The notes beneath the pieces were generated by a model. The model was not told the origin of the DNA and searched no databases. It worked only from the letters and a program-made list of their open reading frames with translations. Positions 47,319 through 61,039 of a DNA stretch of 64,000 nucleotides are shown here, one piece after another (the first letter of the stretch is position 1; each line of letters begins with the position of its first letter). Made by a program: the position numbers and the translations under genes. Source of the stretch: the human T2T-CHM13v2.0 reference genome, Homo sapiens; assembly GCF_009914755.1 (NCBI RefSeq), contig NC_060927.1; one strand, written 5' to 3'.

Positions 47319-48324
47319 TGTTATGGGATCTTTGGGGTGTCGTTTTTCTGGTCAGAAATTTCTGTGGCTGGTGGCACCTTTCCTGTGTTTTCCTCAGGCC
47401 TGCTGGGCTCATTTCACTCACTTGGCCTGGCAGGATGCACTCGGCTCACACTACTGGCCTGGGTCTCATGACTGCCAAGGGCGAGTGAGGTGTGGAATGG
47501 TGAGGGGTGTATGTGTGAGATGGGGTCCAGACACTGTGCACAGTCAGACATGCCAGGTGCTCCAGCAGGGCGGGCAGCTCCAGGTGCCGGCATGGGCACC
47601 AGCTCTCCGTGAGGCTGCAGCTGGACCAGGTGCACTGCAAGAAGCTTCCACAGCTGGCACCGGGAACCAAGGTAGTGCCTGGAAGCTTGGAGACTCTAGG
47701 AACTGCAGGGCCCCAAAGTGGGAGCCACAGCCCTGGAATGGGGTGCTCCCAGGTCTTGGCTCCCCGAAGGGCCACAGCTCTTCTTTTCTTGTCTTCTCCC
47801 ACAATGTGGCAAGCAAGGAGCATGTCTCAGCTCTGTTTCTGTTACAGCTCTTTTAGCCTCATTTGTTGGGTACTGAATTCTTGCTCCACACCCAGGAAGA
47901 ATGAGACATGCAGAAACATGGAGGGTGAGCAAGTTGAGGAGGAGCTTTATTGAGCAACAATAGGTCAGAGGAGGCCCTGGAGTGGGTAGTTCCTGTCTAC
48001 GGGCAGGTTGTCACATAGAGTGTTCACCTCTCAGCAAGGAAGAGGCTCTGGAGTGAGTAGCTCCTTTCTGCAGCTCGTCTTCCTGACCTCCGCAGCTCTC
48101 AGCAGAGAGGAAGCCCTGAAGTGGGTAGCTCCTCTCTGCAGCTGGTTATCCTGATGTCTGCTACTCCTAGCAGAGAGGAGACCCTGGAGTGGGTAGCTCC
48201 TCTCTGCAGCTGGTTATCCTGGTGTCTGCTACTCTTAGCAGAGAGGAGACCCTGGAGTGGGTAGCTCCTCTCTGCAGCTGTTGGAATGGCAGTGGCTGCT
48301 CCACATGGACTGCCACTGCCATCA
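47319..48324 (-). mobile_element. MER52-family ERV1 LTR (~1 kb)
   Basis: Termini tgttatgggatctttggggtgtcg...tgccactgccatca; GC-rich; flanks aagt/aaat. Confidence 0.82.
47965..48280. repeat. ~68-bp minisatellite, ~4.5-5 copies, within MER52
   Basis: gtg(g/a)gtag(c/t)tcct recurs at 47982, 48053, 48121, 48189 and 48257. Confidence 0.9.
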
Positions 48325-51300
48325 AAATCATAGATGTCAGGAATCTCTGTCTCTTTAAAAAATCTAAGCTCTAACTCTATTGCCTCCTCTTTTAAGAAAG
48401 AATTGTCCCTTATCTATAAATTTTTGCTTAGGAGGAAGGATAACAGACACAAGGCCCAAATCAAAATATTTCAATAAAATTCTACATAATCTTAAAATAC
48501 AAAGATCCATAGTGCTTTAGCTCTCCCTGCATAAATACCAGTAATGTCCTTGCTAACTATTTACAAAATGTTTCCTTGACGAATAACTTTCTAACAAACA
48601 CTTCTAAAGGCACCAGTAAATCCAGTAAGCTCTATATTACCCATATATTGCAAATAATGTTAAAAATATATGACCCTTGTGTTATGACAGTAAATGTTAA
48701 AATAAGAAGCCAGAATAAAAGAATAGCAAAAATGTGACTAGTCATATCAGTCTTGAGACGGGTGAAATTTATCTAATCTCTTCTGAGAATGCCTTCATAC
48801 CCTACTAATAGTCCCTGAATTCCATTTCAAGAAATGCATTTTAAGAGTCCCTAAATCTTTGAGAAAATATTAGACAGAGATACATCTTCCAAATAGCCAG
48901 ACAAGTGTCTAATTTAAAACTGATTAAACAAATCAGTAACCTAGTCAATTATATTTGTACTTTATGATTATTTGTACTGATGTTTTTTCAGATAAACTTT
49001 ATTAATATAATGACTAACATTCACTAACCCTTCAGCATTTCTACATAAATAGCTATGGTAATTATTTTATCATTCACATGATTTTTCCTCACATATATAT
49101 ACGTGTTTTCACAAACTTATGTAAAATCATGTGAAATCAATATTATAATTCTCACCATTTACAATTTTAATATTATAACGAACAATCTCTGAAAAAAGTA
49201 GTATGAATAATTGTGTTATAGTAACAATTTGCTGCTTTTATTATAAAGACAAAAAATGGTGTCATATCTAAAACTTTTCTCTGGTCAAAGTATCTTTAAT
49301 TCTGTTCTGTTTATTTTATCTATAAACAGTTAAAATTGCATTTTTAAGATAATTTTCGGTCACTTGGGGTGGTGTGCAATGTGCACTTTACAATTGACTT
49401 CTAATTGGACTATGCTGACAATGGAAAATCTTACAAGTATTGAACATGACATTCATGACAGTATTCCTGTCATCTTGGCTTCTTTTATTGAATATGCAGA
49501 GAATTATAATTGAGCTAACAAGCCTGATAGCCTGGCCTCTTTCCAATTATATTAACCTAGTCTAGTATTAGCTGCCGGCATACAGAAACAGGCATAGAGC
49601 TTTTGTTTTTCTTTCTATTCTATGTTGGTACCTGCCCAACAATCAAAGGATAAAATCCTCTGTCTTCATACAATGTTTGAGAATTGTCAGTAACTTATCT
49701 CCAATCCACTGATAAATGTAAAGATTAGCTTTATCCATCATTATTTCACTAATTTATGATAAAATGATTTCTTATAAAAGATTGGTTGTATCTGTTACAT
49801 GTTAGATGCTAATTAATTATTATTGTTCCAAAACTTTATAAGGTTTTGGCATGTTTTCTTTGAATTCATGCTAAAATTTTTCAAGTGATGAATTTGAGTT
49901 TGAAGCAAATTTGTTCTTCAAATGAACAAGTCAATTTATTGATGCATTGTAATCTTTCCTTTGAAATTGAGACAAACATTATTTTAGCATAATCTAAAAA
50001 TAACTCAGTCTTAAAAACAAACAATACACACAAAAAATAACTAAATAAAAAAGGAAAATAATTTTAAATTATTTTCACTTAAAATCCACTAACATTTTAC
50101 CAAGGAATCCAATTAAAACAAATAGTAGGTAAAGTTAAATAAACCAATTTATGATTTTAAAGATATGAAGAATTTGTAGTGTATCAGTTGTTTGAAATAG
50201 TAGATTCTGTGCTTTACTTTCTCTCTTCCTTTTTTTCTCTTGTTTTAGTGATCTCTTATTTTAGAATATGTAATATACTTGCACACTTTCTCTCCAAATA
50301 TTTCCAACTCTTCCATTTTCAATATTTAAGTCTTCATCTTTATCCAGGATTTTCTGAGTAGAAATGTGAAGACAACCTGGAAATTTATGTCCTGAAGAAA
50401 TAAAGCACTACAACAGTGCCTAAGAGATATGCCATAAAGATGCATGTTGCAAAACTGTTGTTAGCAAAAAAAAAACAGAATACAGCAAGATGCTCCCAAA
50501 CCACAAACCTGTTGATAATACAAAATAGTTCCATACTTCATATAAACTACATAAAAATATGCAACTATTAAAATGAATAAGTTAGCACTCCGTGTTTTAA
50601 CCTGGAAATGTGGGAAAAGCAGACTGCAAATTAATGTGTATAGTAAAATCTTCTTCTGGAAACAAAATGCACACTTTTTTTTTAGGTTTTTATAAGAACT
50701 GCAAATTTTATTTTTTATCGTTAAGAAATTGCTGGCATTGATTATCTCAGTTGCTGACATTGGAAAGGAAGAGGGGATATTGTTTACTTTGCTATATTAC
50801 CTGTAATTTTTGATATATATCAATTTTGTACTTAAACAATTAAGCCAAAACATTCATTAAAGGAATGTAGATTTTTGATGAAATTGAATTTTAAAACTTA
50901 AGTTTTGATATTAAATATTTTAGTGGGCTTTAAATTTTATGAATTATTGCATCATAAGTAGTAAATATATCAAAGAACAGATAATAGTTACACTTTGAAT
51001 TTTAAGTTACTTTAAAAAAAATCTTCACAATAATATTGTAAGTAGTCTACCACTTTGTCTATGTCCATTTGAGAGCTGTGAAATAAAAGAGTTTGAATGG
51101 GTCAAGGACTTAATCCAGATTTCCTAAAATAACTTTGTTTTTAGTTAAGATGTTTTTGTCTGGTAAAAATTTTATTATTTTAAAACTAGGATGTTCATTT
51201 TAAAATAAACTAGTAGCATATATATGCAAATAGTAAGGCAGTTTTTGTTATTGTAGATGAAAACAAAAATTATCTGTAAGTAGCCTGGTATGTACACAGA

Positions 51301-51884
51301 CTTTCTAAATTTTTTTTAGCTCCAGGCAACTTGAAAGAATGAAGTCGAAATTAGAACTTTTCATGTGTAGTTCATAATTACTAGATCTAAAATCTATGTT
51401 AAATTTTACTAAAGGTCAGTCCACCAAACAAGACTGCACATTTCCCAATTAGGAGATGGACTATTTCCTCCTTAACATCATTTAGAAAGCCAGAACCCAT
51501 TCCTGCTTTTGTCTATCTTCATTTTTCAATAGTAAGTCAAAGTAGACTATATCACTTCAGAAGTATTTAGAGGTATCTAATTACGCATTTTGAACAGAAG
51601 TTTTCCTTTGAGTAAGGGACTGTCCTGTAGGACTGTTCTAATTTTCTTGTTAACTTGACTTCTGCTTTAAACAATGTTTACCACTAGATATAAGCTTATA
51701 CTTCAGCTTATTAATGGAAATAATGCCATTTAAAGTAATACAGTTTTCTAGTCTCATGTTTATGTGTCAACCAAGTACCAAAATTGCTGGAGTTTAGTGA
51801 ATCATATAATTTTTATTTGGCTTTGTAGAACTGATGCTTGCAATTTAGTGGATCAATCAGTTCCTTAAATACCAATAGCTTAAG

Positions 51885-52105
51885 GTAATATTTTACAGCA
51901 CAGATTCTGGAGTCAGATACACCTAGAATCAAATCCCAAATCTGCTTTCCAGGTGTGTCATCTTCAGCAAGTAATTTGACCTTTCTCATTCCCAGTTTCC
52001 ACATCTATGAGGAAGGGCAACAAAACTTACTTCTCACAGTTGTCATTATTAAGTGGTAGATGTATGGAAAGTCAGTCTCTGGCATTTAGAAAGCACTCAA
52101 ATGAT
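51885..52105 (+). mobile_element. MIR
   Basis: tctggagtcaga...caaatccc...gcaagtaatttgacctttctc...cagtttccacatctatga. Confidence 0.8.
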
Positions 52106-52476
52106 GGAAGTGGCCTGCTTTTCTAGTTACTCAAATATCATGGGGTTACAATCTGATTGTTAAATAGTATTAAGTATATTTAAACTATATATAATTTTAA
52201 TTGATTATTAAATAAAATTTAGAGTTAAGAAGAACTTAAAGTTATACATTCCATTAAAGGAATATGGTGACTTGTAGTGTTTGGAATGTGTAGTACATGG
52301 CTCCTGTCTGCTCTTACTTTGTCTTACTCAAGGATCTTACTCATAACACTAACTAAATGTAACAATAGTCATTTTGTTTCTTAGGCTGTTGATCATGAAA
52401 TCACAAATGTACTCTTTAGACTTTAATAGCAATAACATCTCTGCTTTCTTACTAGAGAATCTGTCTAATATCTAAT

Positions 52477-52543
52477 ATGTTTGTTCTCTTCTTGTGCAAC
52501 CTTTCCTTGGTACCAGCGGCTGCTTCAAAGAATAAAGTTAAAG
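52477..52543 (+). CDS. CADM2: CADM2 alternative first coding segment MFVLFLCNLSLVPAAASKNKVK(G), signal-peptide-like
   Basis: ATG at 52477 with A at -3, in-frame TAG upstream at 52453-52455, open to the donor at 52543/52544. Matches the recalled alternative CADM2 N-terminus. Confidence 0.85.
52517..52543 (+). CDS. CADM2: CADM2 27-nt cassette microexon, symmetric phase 1, encoding (A)AASKNKVK(G) just after the signal peptide
   Basis: ctttccttggtaccAG|CGGCTGCTTCAAAGAATAAAGTTAAAG|GTgagc. Canonical AG/GT, length a multiple of 3. Peptide matches the recalled CADM2 isoform ...LLLQ-AAASKNKVK-GSQGQFP. Confidence 0.93.
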
Positions 52544-53699
52544 GTGAGCTCCTGTTTATTCTGCATGAGTCATCATCATTCATTTTTCTGCTCAATCTTC
52601 TAAGTTCTCTTAAATGATAGAACCAATTCGGTTGGTGATAATACTATTTCAGTGTATAGATATTGTTCATAAATTCCTACAAATACAAATATCAATTATT
52701 TCAGTTATCCAATTTCTGAGACATGTTTGCATGAATGTTTGTGAGTTTGTTTTCTTGTTTCACTTCTCACTTTATTCCTAAGTATTTCAAAGTGCAATAA
52801 AGTGCTTTTTTTGCACTAACATTTTGCATGCGTACCTTAGTTTCCTTGATAAAATTGAGAATTGGGCAAAATACAGCATAAAATAAAACTGATGGAAAGT
52901 CTCAAAAATGAGTATGCTTTTATAGAATTATGTGAAAATAAAATTTAATCTTCTAAAAACTGAATATTATAAGCTATCGATTTCTATTTATGATTATTTT
53001 TTCATTTTTAGTTGCATTGTTTGACTTTGCTAGAAACCTAAAAATGTGTTTTCATGATAAAAGATGCACATGTCCAACGCTGAAAATAAAGAAAAAGTAT
53101 TTTGGCTCCATGTGTCCCAGTTTTTATGGGTTTGAAAAATTCAAATACATGTATGATACTGTATCATAGACCTATCATTTATGTATTTCAATTTCATTCT
53201 GTTTAGAGCAGTCTACATATTTAAAAATCTTTTTTGCTTTTGCTTCTTAAATAGCAAAAGAAATTTTTTTCTCTTTCAGTTCCAGGTTCTAGTTTTACAG
53301 CTAGTTTTAATACTATGACATACGCTCATCTTTGAAGTGTTAACTATTCCCTATTTATAAAGTCAAGCCTTTATCATACAACTAATATTGTCATAGCAAT
53401 GTATTTGCTTATAGAATATGAAATATTTAAAGGAGGAGATGGCAAATTTATTGTCACCTTTCTTATAGCTCACCTAGCCTTGTTTCCTGTTCCAGTAAGT
53501 GTTGTGGAAAATCAGCCAATCCTTGCCACAGTAATTTTCTGTCTGGCTGTGAACAAAATAAATACATTCACAGCAATTCAGAAATTATTTGATAATGAAT
53601 ACATGTCTATAAATGTATAAGCACAATATGTTTATATAATGAAAGGATGAGAAGTGTAGTTTTAGGAATGAGGAATTACAAACTATACACACTGCACCA

Positions 53700-53960
53700 G
53701 CTCCAGGGTACAGCATATGAGTGTAAAGGGAACCAGGGGGAGATGCATATCAGCACTGGAATCATCAGAGACCACTTTATGTAGGAGGTGGAGCTGGAAG
53801 TGGCTCTTGAAGGATGGATAGGATGTACATAGAAAACAAGTAGTGTATTTAAAAAAATAATTAGAAAGGCTAACTAAAGGTCTGGAAACAGGAGTGAATA
53901 CAGTCTAGTGTGGTGAGAAAATCTTTTGAATGAAACCTGGTACTTTTATAAGAAAGTGTA
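53700..53960 (-). mobile_element. LINE-2 fragment
   Basis: ggaggtggagctggaagtggctcttgaaggatggataggat. Confidence 0.55.
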
Positions 53961-56154
53961 GAAAAATAAATTCTAAGATGATGCAATAGACAATGGAGTG
54001 ATTATGAGTCATTACAGTATTTGATCACATAAAACCTCTAGTAATCAATTACTCTCCAAAACAATGGAAAATAATTTGAATTATAATACGCAGGCTGCTA
54101 AGTATTAAATATGGAAAAGCCATTTCATCATTGGAGAATTATAGTCATAAATTATATTACAGGTATCTGTCAAGTCATTTCAGGACTCAAGCTGACTAGA
54201 ATTTTATAATGCAAGCATATTTCTGTATCCAATTTAGTGCCTTCCACACTTCCATCCCCAGTGTTCCACACTTAGCCATTTTATTTGACTCTCCTCTTTT
54301 TACTTGTATACTAGCCTGTAGGGGCCTTAACACATAGCTTTCCGCATGCTTATATTTTTGCATCTACAAGGCAAGCAATGACACGTTCAAAAATTAATTG
54401 TGCCTCAAGTGGAAACTGAAATTTTATTTCTAACCATTGCTGAAGAAAGATATATATTATGTAGAGATAATAGAAAGAATTACTCAGTGATTTTTTGGTC
54501 CAATTTCTATATGAAGGCAAATGGTCTTCAAACAGAAAAAAAAAAGTGGATAAGAGGAAAATAAAACCCAAGATAATATAAGAGCAGATGGTTGCTTCAG
54601 AATAGTTCATTTCTCCTGGCCCAGAAAAAGTACTTACCAGGGAACCGAGAGAAATTTTAAAGAAGATTATATCTCATTTATCTATCCTTATGGAATCACG
54701 CAAATGTGGAAAGTTTCTGGAATATTGGAGAGAGGAATGTGTTCTGATTTTTTGTAAGGAGTAATGATTTCATTTCCAGAAACCATAAACTGGTCATTTT
54801 GACATCAATTTCCCAGTAAGATTTTTAAACACTCTTAAAACAACAGTTGGTGGGTATTTAGGTTAAAACAGAGTTCATTGAGAATCAGTCAGAAATTATT
54901 AGTAATAGCATAGGAAATTACACCTTCTTTTTTTAAATGTGAGTTACTATACCAGTATAGGAGGGCAGTAGCATAGACATAATATACCTGAATTTTATCA
55001 AATAATGTAGCAACTAGCTCTTTGCTTATTTCTGTAGAAACTTATTCTGAAGATCACTAATTATTCTCCAATGGCCAAATCCAAGGGTGGTTTCTCAATC
55101 CTCATATTGCTATTTTTTTCCTGATGAACATATTATATTCTTTTGAATTTACATTTCCTTTGGTTTCAGTGGCACTGTACATACTTCATTTTTTAAAACT
55201 TCTCTTTGCCTCTTTCTTTCTCTCTCCATTTATATCTTGTTCTGAAATACAGGTTTTATTCAGGTTGTCTTTGATTCTTGAAAAGATCAACTATTGTAGT
55301 GTAGGTTCAGCTTTCCACACTGCCTTTGAGAGATAAACTTCACTTCCTACAAAATAAAGAATGGGGCCATTTTCTAGACAATTGTGTACCTGCAACCAAC
55401 CTGTCTCACTATTGTTGCCTGTCAAGAGGAACATAAATGACCCAGTCGAGTTGCTTCTCAGAAAACTTATAACTGGGAAAGGGCTAGAGAGAGAGAGAGG
55501 GAAAAGTCAAGGAGGTAAGACAAAGAAACAGAGATGGTTGATCAGTTCTGTTACTCTTCACGCGTAAATTTTGTATGTAGATTTAATAAAATGAATTAAG
55601 GTTGACAAATGCCACAAGAAGGAAGGAGGACTCTATGAAGAGTGAGAGATTGAGAGAGTACTCTGCTGGTGCACTAGCTTCTTGGTCTAACGTATTGCTA
55701 AGGCTCTATTTTATCTTTACTCTCTGGGTCTATGACACAGATGTCTTTTAATAAAAATTTCTAGATAGGTTTCTCTTGCTTAGAATCAAAAGAGAAATAA
55801 TATGAATGTTTTCTTTCTAAGGGTTTTTTCATTGACTTTGTTACACTTTTCTGAACTTGACTTAACTGTTAAGCTTTTGTCTGATATTTTCATCACCCTG
55901 CTGAATATTTCCACTTTAATATTAGAAACCGATATTCTTATTTATTTACTTATTTTGTAACTAAGAACCCTCTGGGTTTGCTATATGTTCTCATGACATG
56001 AATATTAGTCCAATTTTCTAAGTTTAAAAGATTTGAAATACCTTTAACTTCTCTTTCTTAATGGCCCTCTCATCCAATTAATTATCAAATTGTCCTAATT
56101 TTATCCCTATAGTGTCTTTTGCATGAATCCTTATTCTTTGAATCTCTCATTCCT

Positions 56155-56531
<377 letters not shown>

Positions 56532-57299
56532 TCAATTCTCAACATGCTACATTTGATATACAAGTCTATCCTACATTTGTATATCATGCTGAATTTTAAC
56601 AAGATCATCACTGCTTTGCCACTTAGAGGAGAAAGGTACTTTAAAGTAGTCTTAAAATTTCTTTGTATAAAATAATTTTATTTCACTCTGTTATGCATGT
56701 ATAAAAATAGGCTAAATGTATCTTAATGACTGCTCCAAAATGTTACAATTTTTTAAATAGCTTTAACCCAGAAAAAATATTTTTAGTCTTTAATCCTGAT
56801 TTGGGGGCTTTATTTTTAAGCAAAATTTGGCAACTATAGTTCTATGCTATTTCTAGAATGCCAGCTTTTAGATATTATTTTCAAAGCGAATGTCTTAAAT
56901 CTCAACAATCATGTAATCATTATTCAGTGCTCAAATAAAAATTAACATAATTATTCTGACTTTGCTTAAGAATTAAGATAATGCAGAGCCCTTAGCTATC
57001 TAAATTGAGATATATATGGTTCAAAGGAGAATCAGTATTTCAATTTGCTGAGTTTGTTAAGTAATAGTCATACATAATATTATCACATAAATGATTTATT
57101 CATAGGAGAATATTATAAATCTGCTATAAAGCCAAAATATGACATTTGGAATCCCAGGCTACCCATCATATGAAAAATTTTGGAGGTTAATTGAAAGGCA
57201 TGTAAGAGGCTGAAGTTGAGACATTGCTTCAAACTATTTTGAGATTTTTATCTTAAGTCAGGTGCCTATATTTTAATTTGTATCATGTAGTATTTCTTA

Positions 57300-57510
57300 T
57301 ATATTAAGACTTACATTTTGTAGTCAGACAGGAATATGTTGAATCTTTGTTTTGCAACTCGCTAGATTTGAGCACCTGGACAAATTTTCATTAAAGTTCA
57401 CACAACATTCAGTTGTGACAATTTTATTGGATAAAGCACACAAAAAAGGATTGACATAGGGAATGGAACACAGTGAGCACTTAGTAAATTGTACCTATTA
57501 TTATTATTAC
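57300..57510 (+). mobile_element. MIR, internally deleted
   Basis: gtagtcagacag...ggaacacagtgagcacttagtaaattgtacctattattattatt. Confidence 0.6.
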
Positions 57511-57960
57511 TATCACAATTTAAATTATATCTGTGGGAAAAATGAACAAACACAAAAACATGTAGTCCTAGGTAAGTCCCAAAACTAAAACTTTTCTGTA
57601 AGTTTCACTATATTTCCTCTTCATAATGGCATTCATATGTTTATATTCATTATAAGACTAAAATAAACACATACAGTATAAGATGTGAATGATCCACTAG
57701 GTATATGTTTTTCTTTCATCACCTTTAATATTAAAAAACAAAGTACATAAATGATATTATTAAATAATTTCAACCACAAGTGAAATAAAAAATTTGAGAA
57801 AATTATGACAAAGAGAGGCTTATATAATACTTAAAATGTAAAAATATCCTGCTTTTATTATCAGTGAAGAAATTAAGTAATGAGGCCATAATATATTTTT
57901 TTTGAAAATATCACTTAACTACTTTTTTAAAGCTATTTTTAGATTGTAATTTTAAAAGTG

Positions 57961-58287
<327 letters not shown>

Positions 58288-58639
58288 TCAAATTCTTGCA
58301 TAACAGCTACAAAATCTTCATAAAAAACGAATCAGGAGTCAATTATTGAAGTTTATGCTTATTCTACACAAGACTGATCTAAGGAAATATGTGTCAGGGG
58401 CGTTAGACATATAGAAGGGAATTTAAAAGCATATTGTATTTCTGTAACACATATTTCATTTAGGGATTCAGGTGGAAGACCCCGAGCTAGTACCTTTAGG
58501 AAGATTGCCTTCTAAATCTACCTTCTAGTTCACCTCACTTCTCTAAGAAAATTGCTGAAGACACTGCTATATAATAGTGCAATAATGTTTATTAAGATAT
58601 ATTACTGCAGCTTTTTTCTAACTTTTAAAAAAGTAAGTA

Positions 58640-58885
58640 ACAATGATAATTATAACAGCTAATATTTCTTAAATGTTACCATGTGTGAGACATTGTGCTA
58701 AGCATTCGTAGGTGTTTTCTCTTTCAATCCATACAAAACCCTCTGAGATAGGTACCATTTTATCGTCATTTTCAAAATGTGGAAAATGAAGCAGAGTTAA
58801 GAAATTTAAGTTCACAAAATGAGTAAGAGGCAGGGCAAAAATTCTAAGCCAGACATATTAACTCCTGAATTCAAGCTTTTAATCT
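58640..58885 (-). mobile_element. MIR
   Basis: acagctaatattt...atgtgtgagacattgtgctaagca...aaccctctgagataggtac. Confidence 0.8.
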
Positions 58886-60487
58886 ATTAAATCCTCTAAA
58901 GAGATCAGATTAATCAATATTACAACTTACCTGAATCTCATTCATTTAAATGCATTTACATATATACCACCCACCCAGATGGGAGTAGGGTTGGGAGTAG
59001 GGATAATATAGCCTGATGAGTAGCTAGCAAGAATATATTGGACCAGCTTAGTTGGGTCCACTGGCCAGAAAAATATTCTCCAGGTAAATCTGGCATTTCT
59101 CATTCTTTTAAAACTCTCCTTCTTCTAGGTCTGTCATTCACTTACCTTATGTTAACCTCACTTATTCCCTCTTGGGAAAGTGAGAAGGTAATTAGTTTCT
59201 CAATAAGATGAGTAAGGTTCTAGAAAAGCTTCAGGCACAGCTAATGTGAAGTGCTGAACTCAGAAGAAACAAACAGAGGTAAGGAGTGTGCTCATAAAAA
59301 TTTTATTGTAAGATGACCCAGTGGGTCAAAATATAAGTAATTTTAGTTGTTTCTAAAGTGCAGCTTCATTCGATGTGGTTTCTGTTTCTTATTTCTCACT
59401 GTATAGGGATATTGACATGCATTTGCTCTATGGATTATCTCATTACTTTCTGTTGCATAACTGTCCCCTTTCATGTTGCAAAGTACAAACTAGTCTGGGT
59501 CACAATGGAGAGAGAGTGTTATATATTCCATTTGCAAGTCTAAAATAATATTATTTCCAATTGATTTAATGGAGGTGCATTTTCTCCATCTCTCTTTGTT
59601 TCTTGAAATGCAAAAATAGGTTTGAGCTTCACTGTGCACATGTGGATAAATACAACTCATTTGCCATGAAAACAAGGCTCAATTTTGTATAGCAATTAGA
59701 AATCAGTTTAAGCATTGCTACTTTAAGTTTGTATCCTCATTTCTACAATAAATAAATCATTATAATACTTTTTTATTCTGTCTAAACACATCTCATCTGA
59801 AAGGCAAGATCTTCTGGGACTCAATTCATTCAGTTGGTTCATGTCATTCTATTATGCTAATAAAATTGGTATTTGCTTATTCTACAGCTTCTGTGTGGGG
59901 GTTTAGAAAGTCTGTAATTAAATTCCCAAGATTTGTGGCTTCTTACAGGTTTTGAAACAGAAAAAAGTCTGTAATAAGGAGAAACAGAATGATCAATGTG
60001 TAGCAGTTAGTGGGACATTTTTAAAACAATGCTACAACACCAAAATTTAAGTTACACTAAAAATAAATGTAATTTACTGTATTTCAAATTTGATGGAATT
60101 ATGGTTACATATTTTTAATGAAAAAAATTAATTTATCCTGATATATAATGGTTATCACTGGCAAAGTGTACAATTAAAAAGCTTTGGGGAAAGTTATCAG
60201 AATTCCTGGGTTCTAGGGTCTGTTCAATTATTGATTTGATCTTCAATCAAGCATCACTCTTTGGGGACACTAAGACCCTGCTGCTTTGCTCATGGTCAGG
60301 AAATTCAATGCCCAAATAGGAGAAGTCATGTAATATCCTATATAATTCCTAAGAGATATTTCCAAATGAGAACACATGGCACTCTCAATGCAGGGAGACT
60401 GTATATGAATCCTGCCTTACCCCCAGTGTGGTCTATTTTGGAGGTACACAAACATTTACATGTAGCACTATGATAAGATACAATGGA

Positions 60488-60819
60488 GATTATATATATA
60501 TAATTTGACACATACACACATACACACACATACATATATATATACATATATGATTATATATAATTTGACACATATACACATACACATATATATACATACA
60601 TATATGTATATATACATAACTCACCATATCTCTCTCTTTTTCTGCCTTTTTTCTTTTTAAATATAATATGTATATTTTAAATATAATATATATATTTTAA
60701 ATATAATGTGTATATCTTTTTAAATATAATATGTATACATACATATATGTATATATACATATACATAACTCACCATATGTCTCTTTCTTTTTCTGCCTTT
60801 TTTCTTTTTAAATATAATA
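60488..60819. repeat. Compound AT-rich repeat with nested ~60-, ~20- and ~80-bp duplications
   Basis: gattatat..aatttgacacata x2; ttttaaatataat repeated; cataactcaccatat...tctgccttttttctttttaaatataata x2. Confidence 0.9.
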
Positions 60820-60964
60820 GACACGTTAAGGGAATCCAAGTTTTAAAAACTCTTAGTCATTTTCAGGAGATTTCTTAAAACAACCCACAACATAGTAAGA
60901 GATATAGTAAAAGAGCATTTCTTATCATCTTTATTTGTTCTATTTTAAAATGTAGCAACTAGAA

Positions 60965-61006
60965 ATATATATATGTGTGTGTGTGTGTGTGTGTATGTGT
61001 GTGTGT
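60965..61006 (+). repeat. (TA)n(TG)n microsatellite
   Basis: Direct reading. Confidence 0.93.
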
Positions 61007-61039
61007 TGTGAATATGTTCTTTATTTTTTACTGCATGGA

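Larger units (their letters stand above)
52461..52830 (+). promoter_or_regulatory. Splicing-regulatory cluster around the microexon
   Basis: Two TCTAAT branch-point-like motifs (52464-52476), TGC at 52495, TGCATG at 52562, 52728 and 52825, TCATCATCATTCAT at 52570-52583, ACTAAC at 52815. Confidence 0.65.

Noticed and set aside
47248-47953. 202-aa ORF and overlapping ORFs on both strands
   Set aside because: They lie in the GC-rich MER52 LTR, where stops are scarce; no recognisable domain.
47965-48280. CRISPR-like repeat array
   Set aside because: Units are contiguous with no unique spacers, and the context is a eukaryotic LTR.
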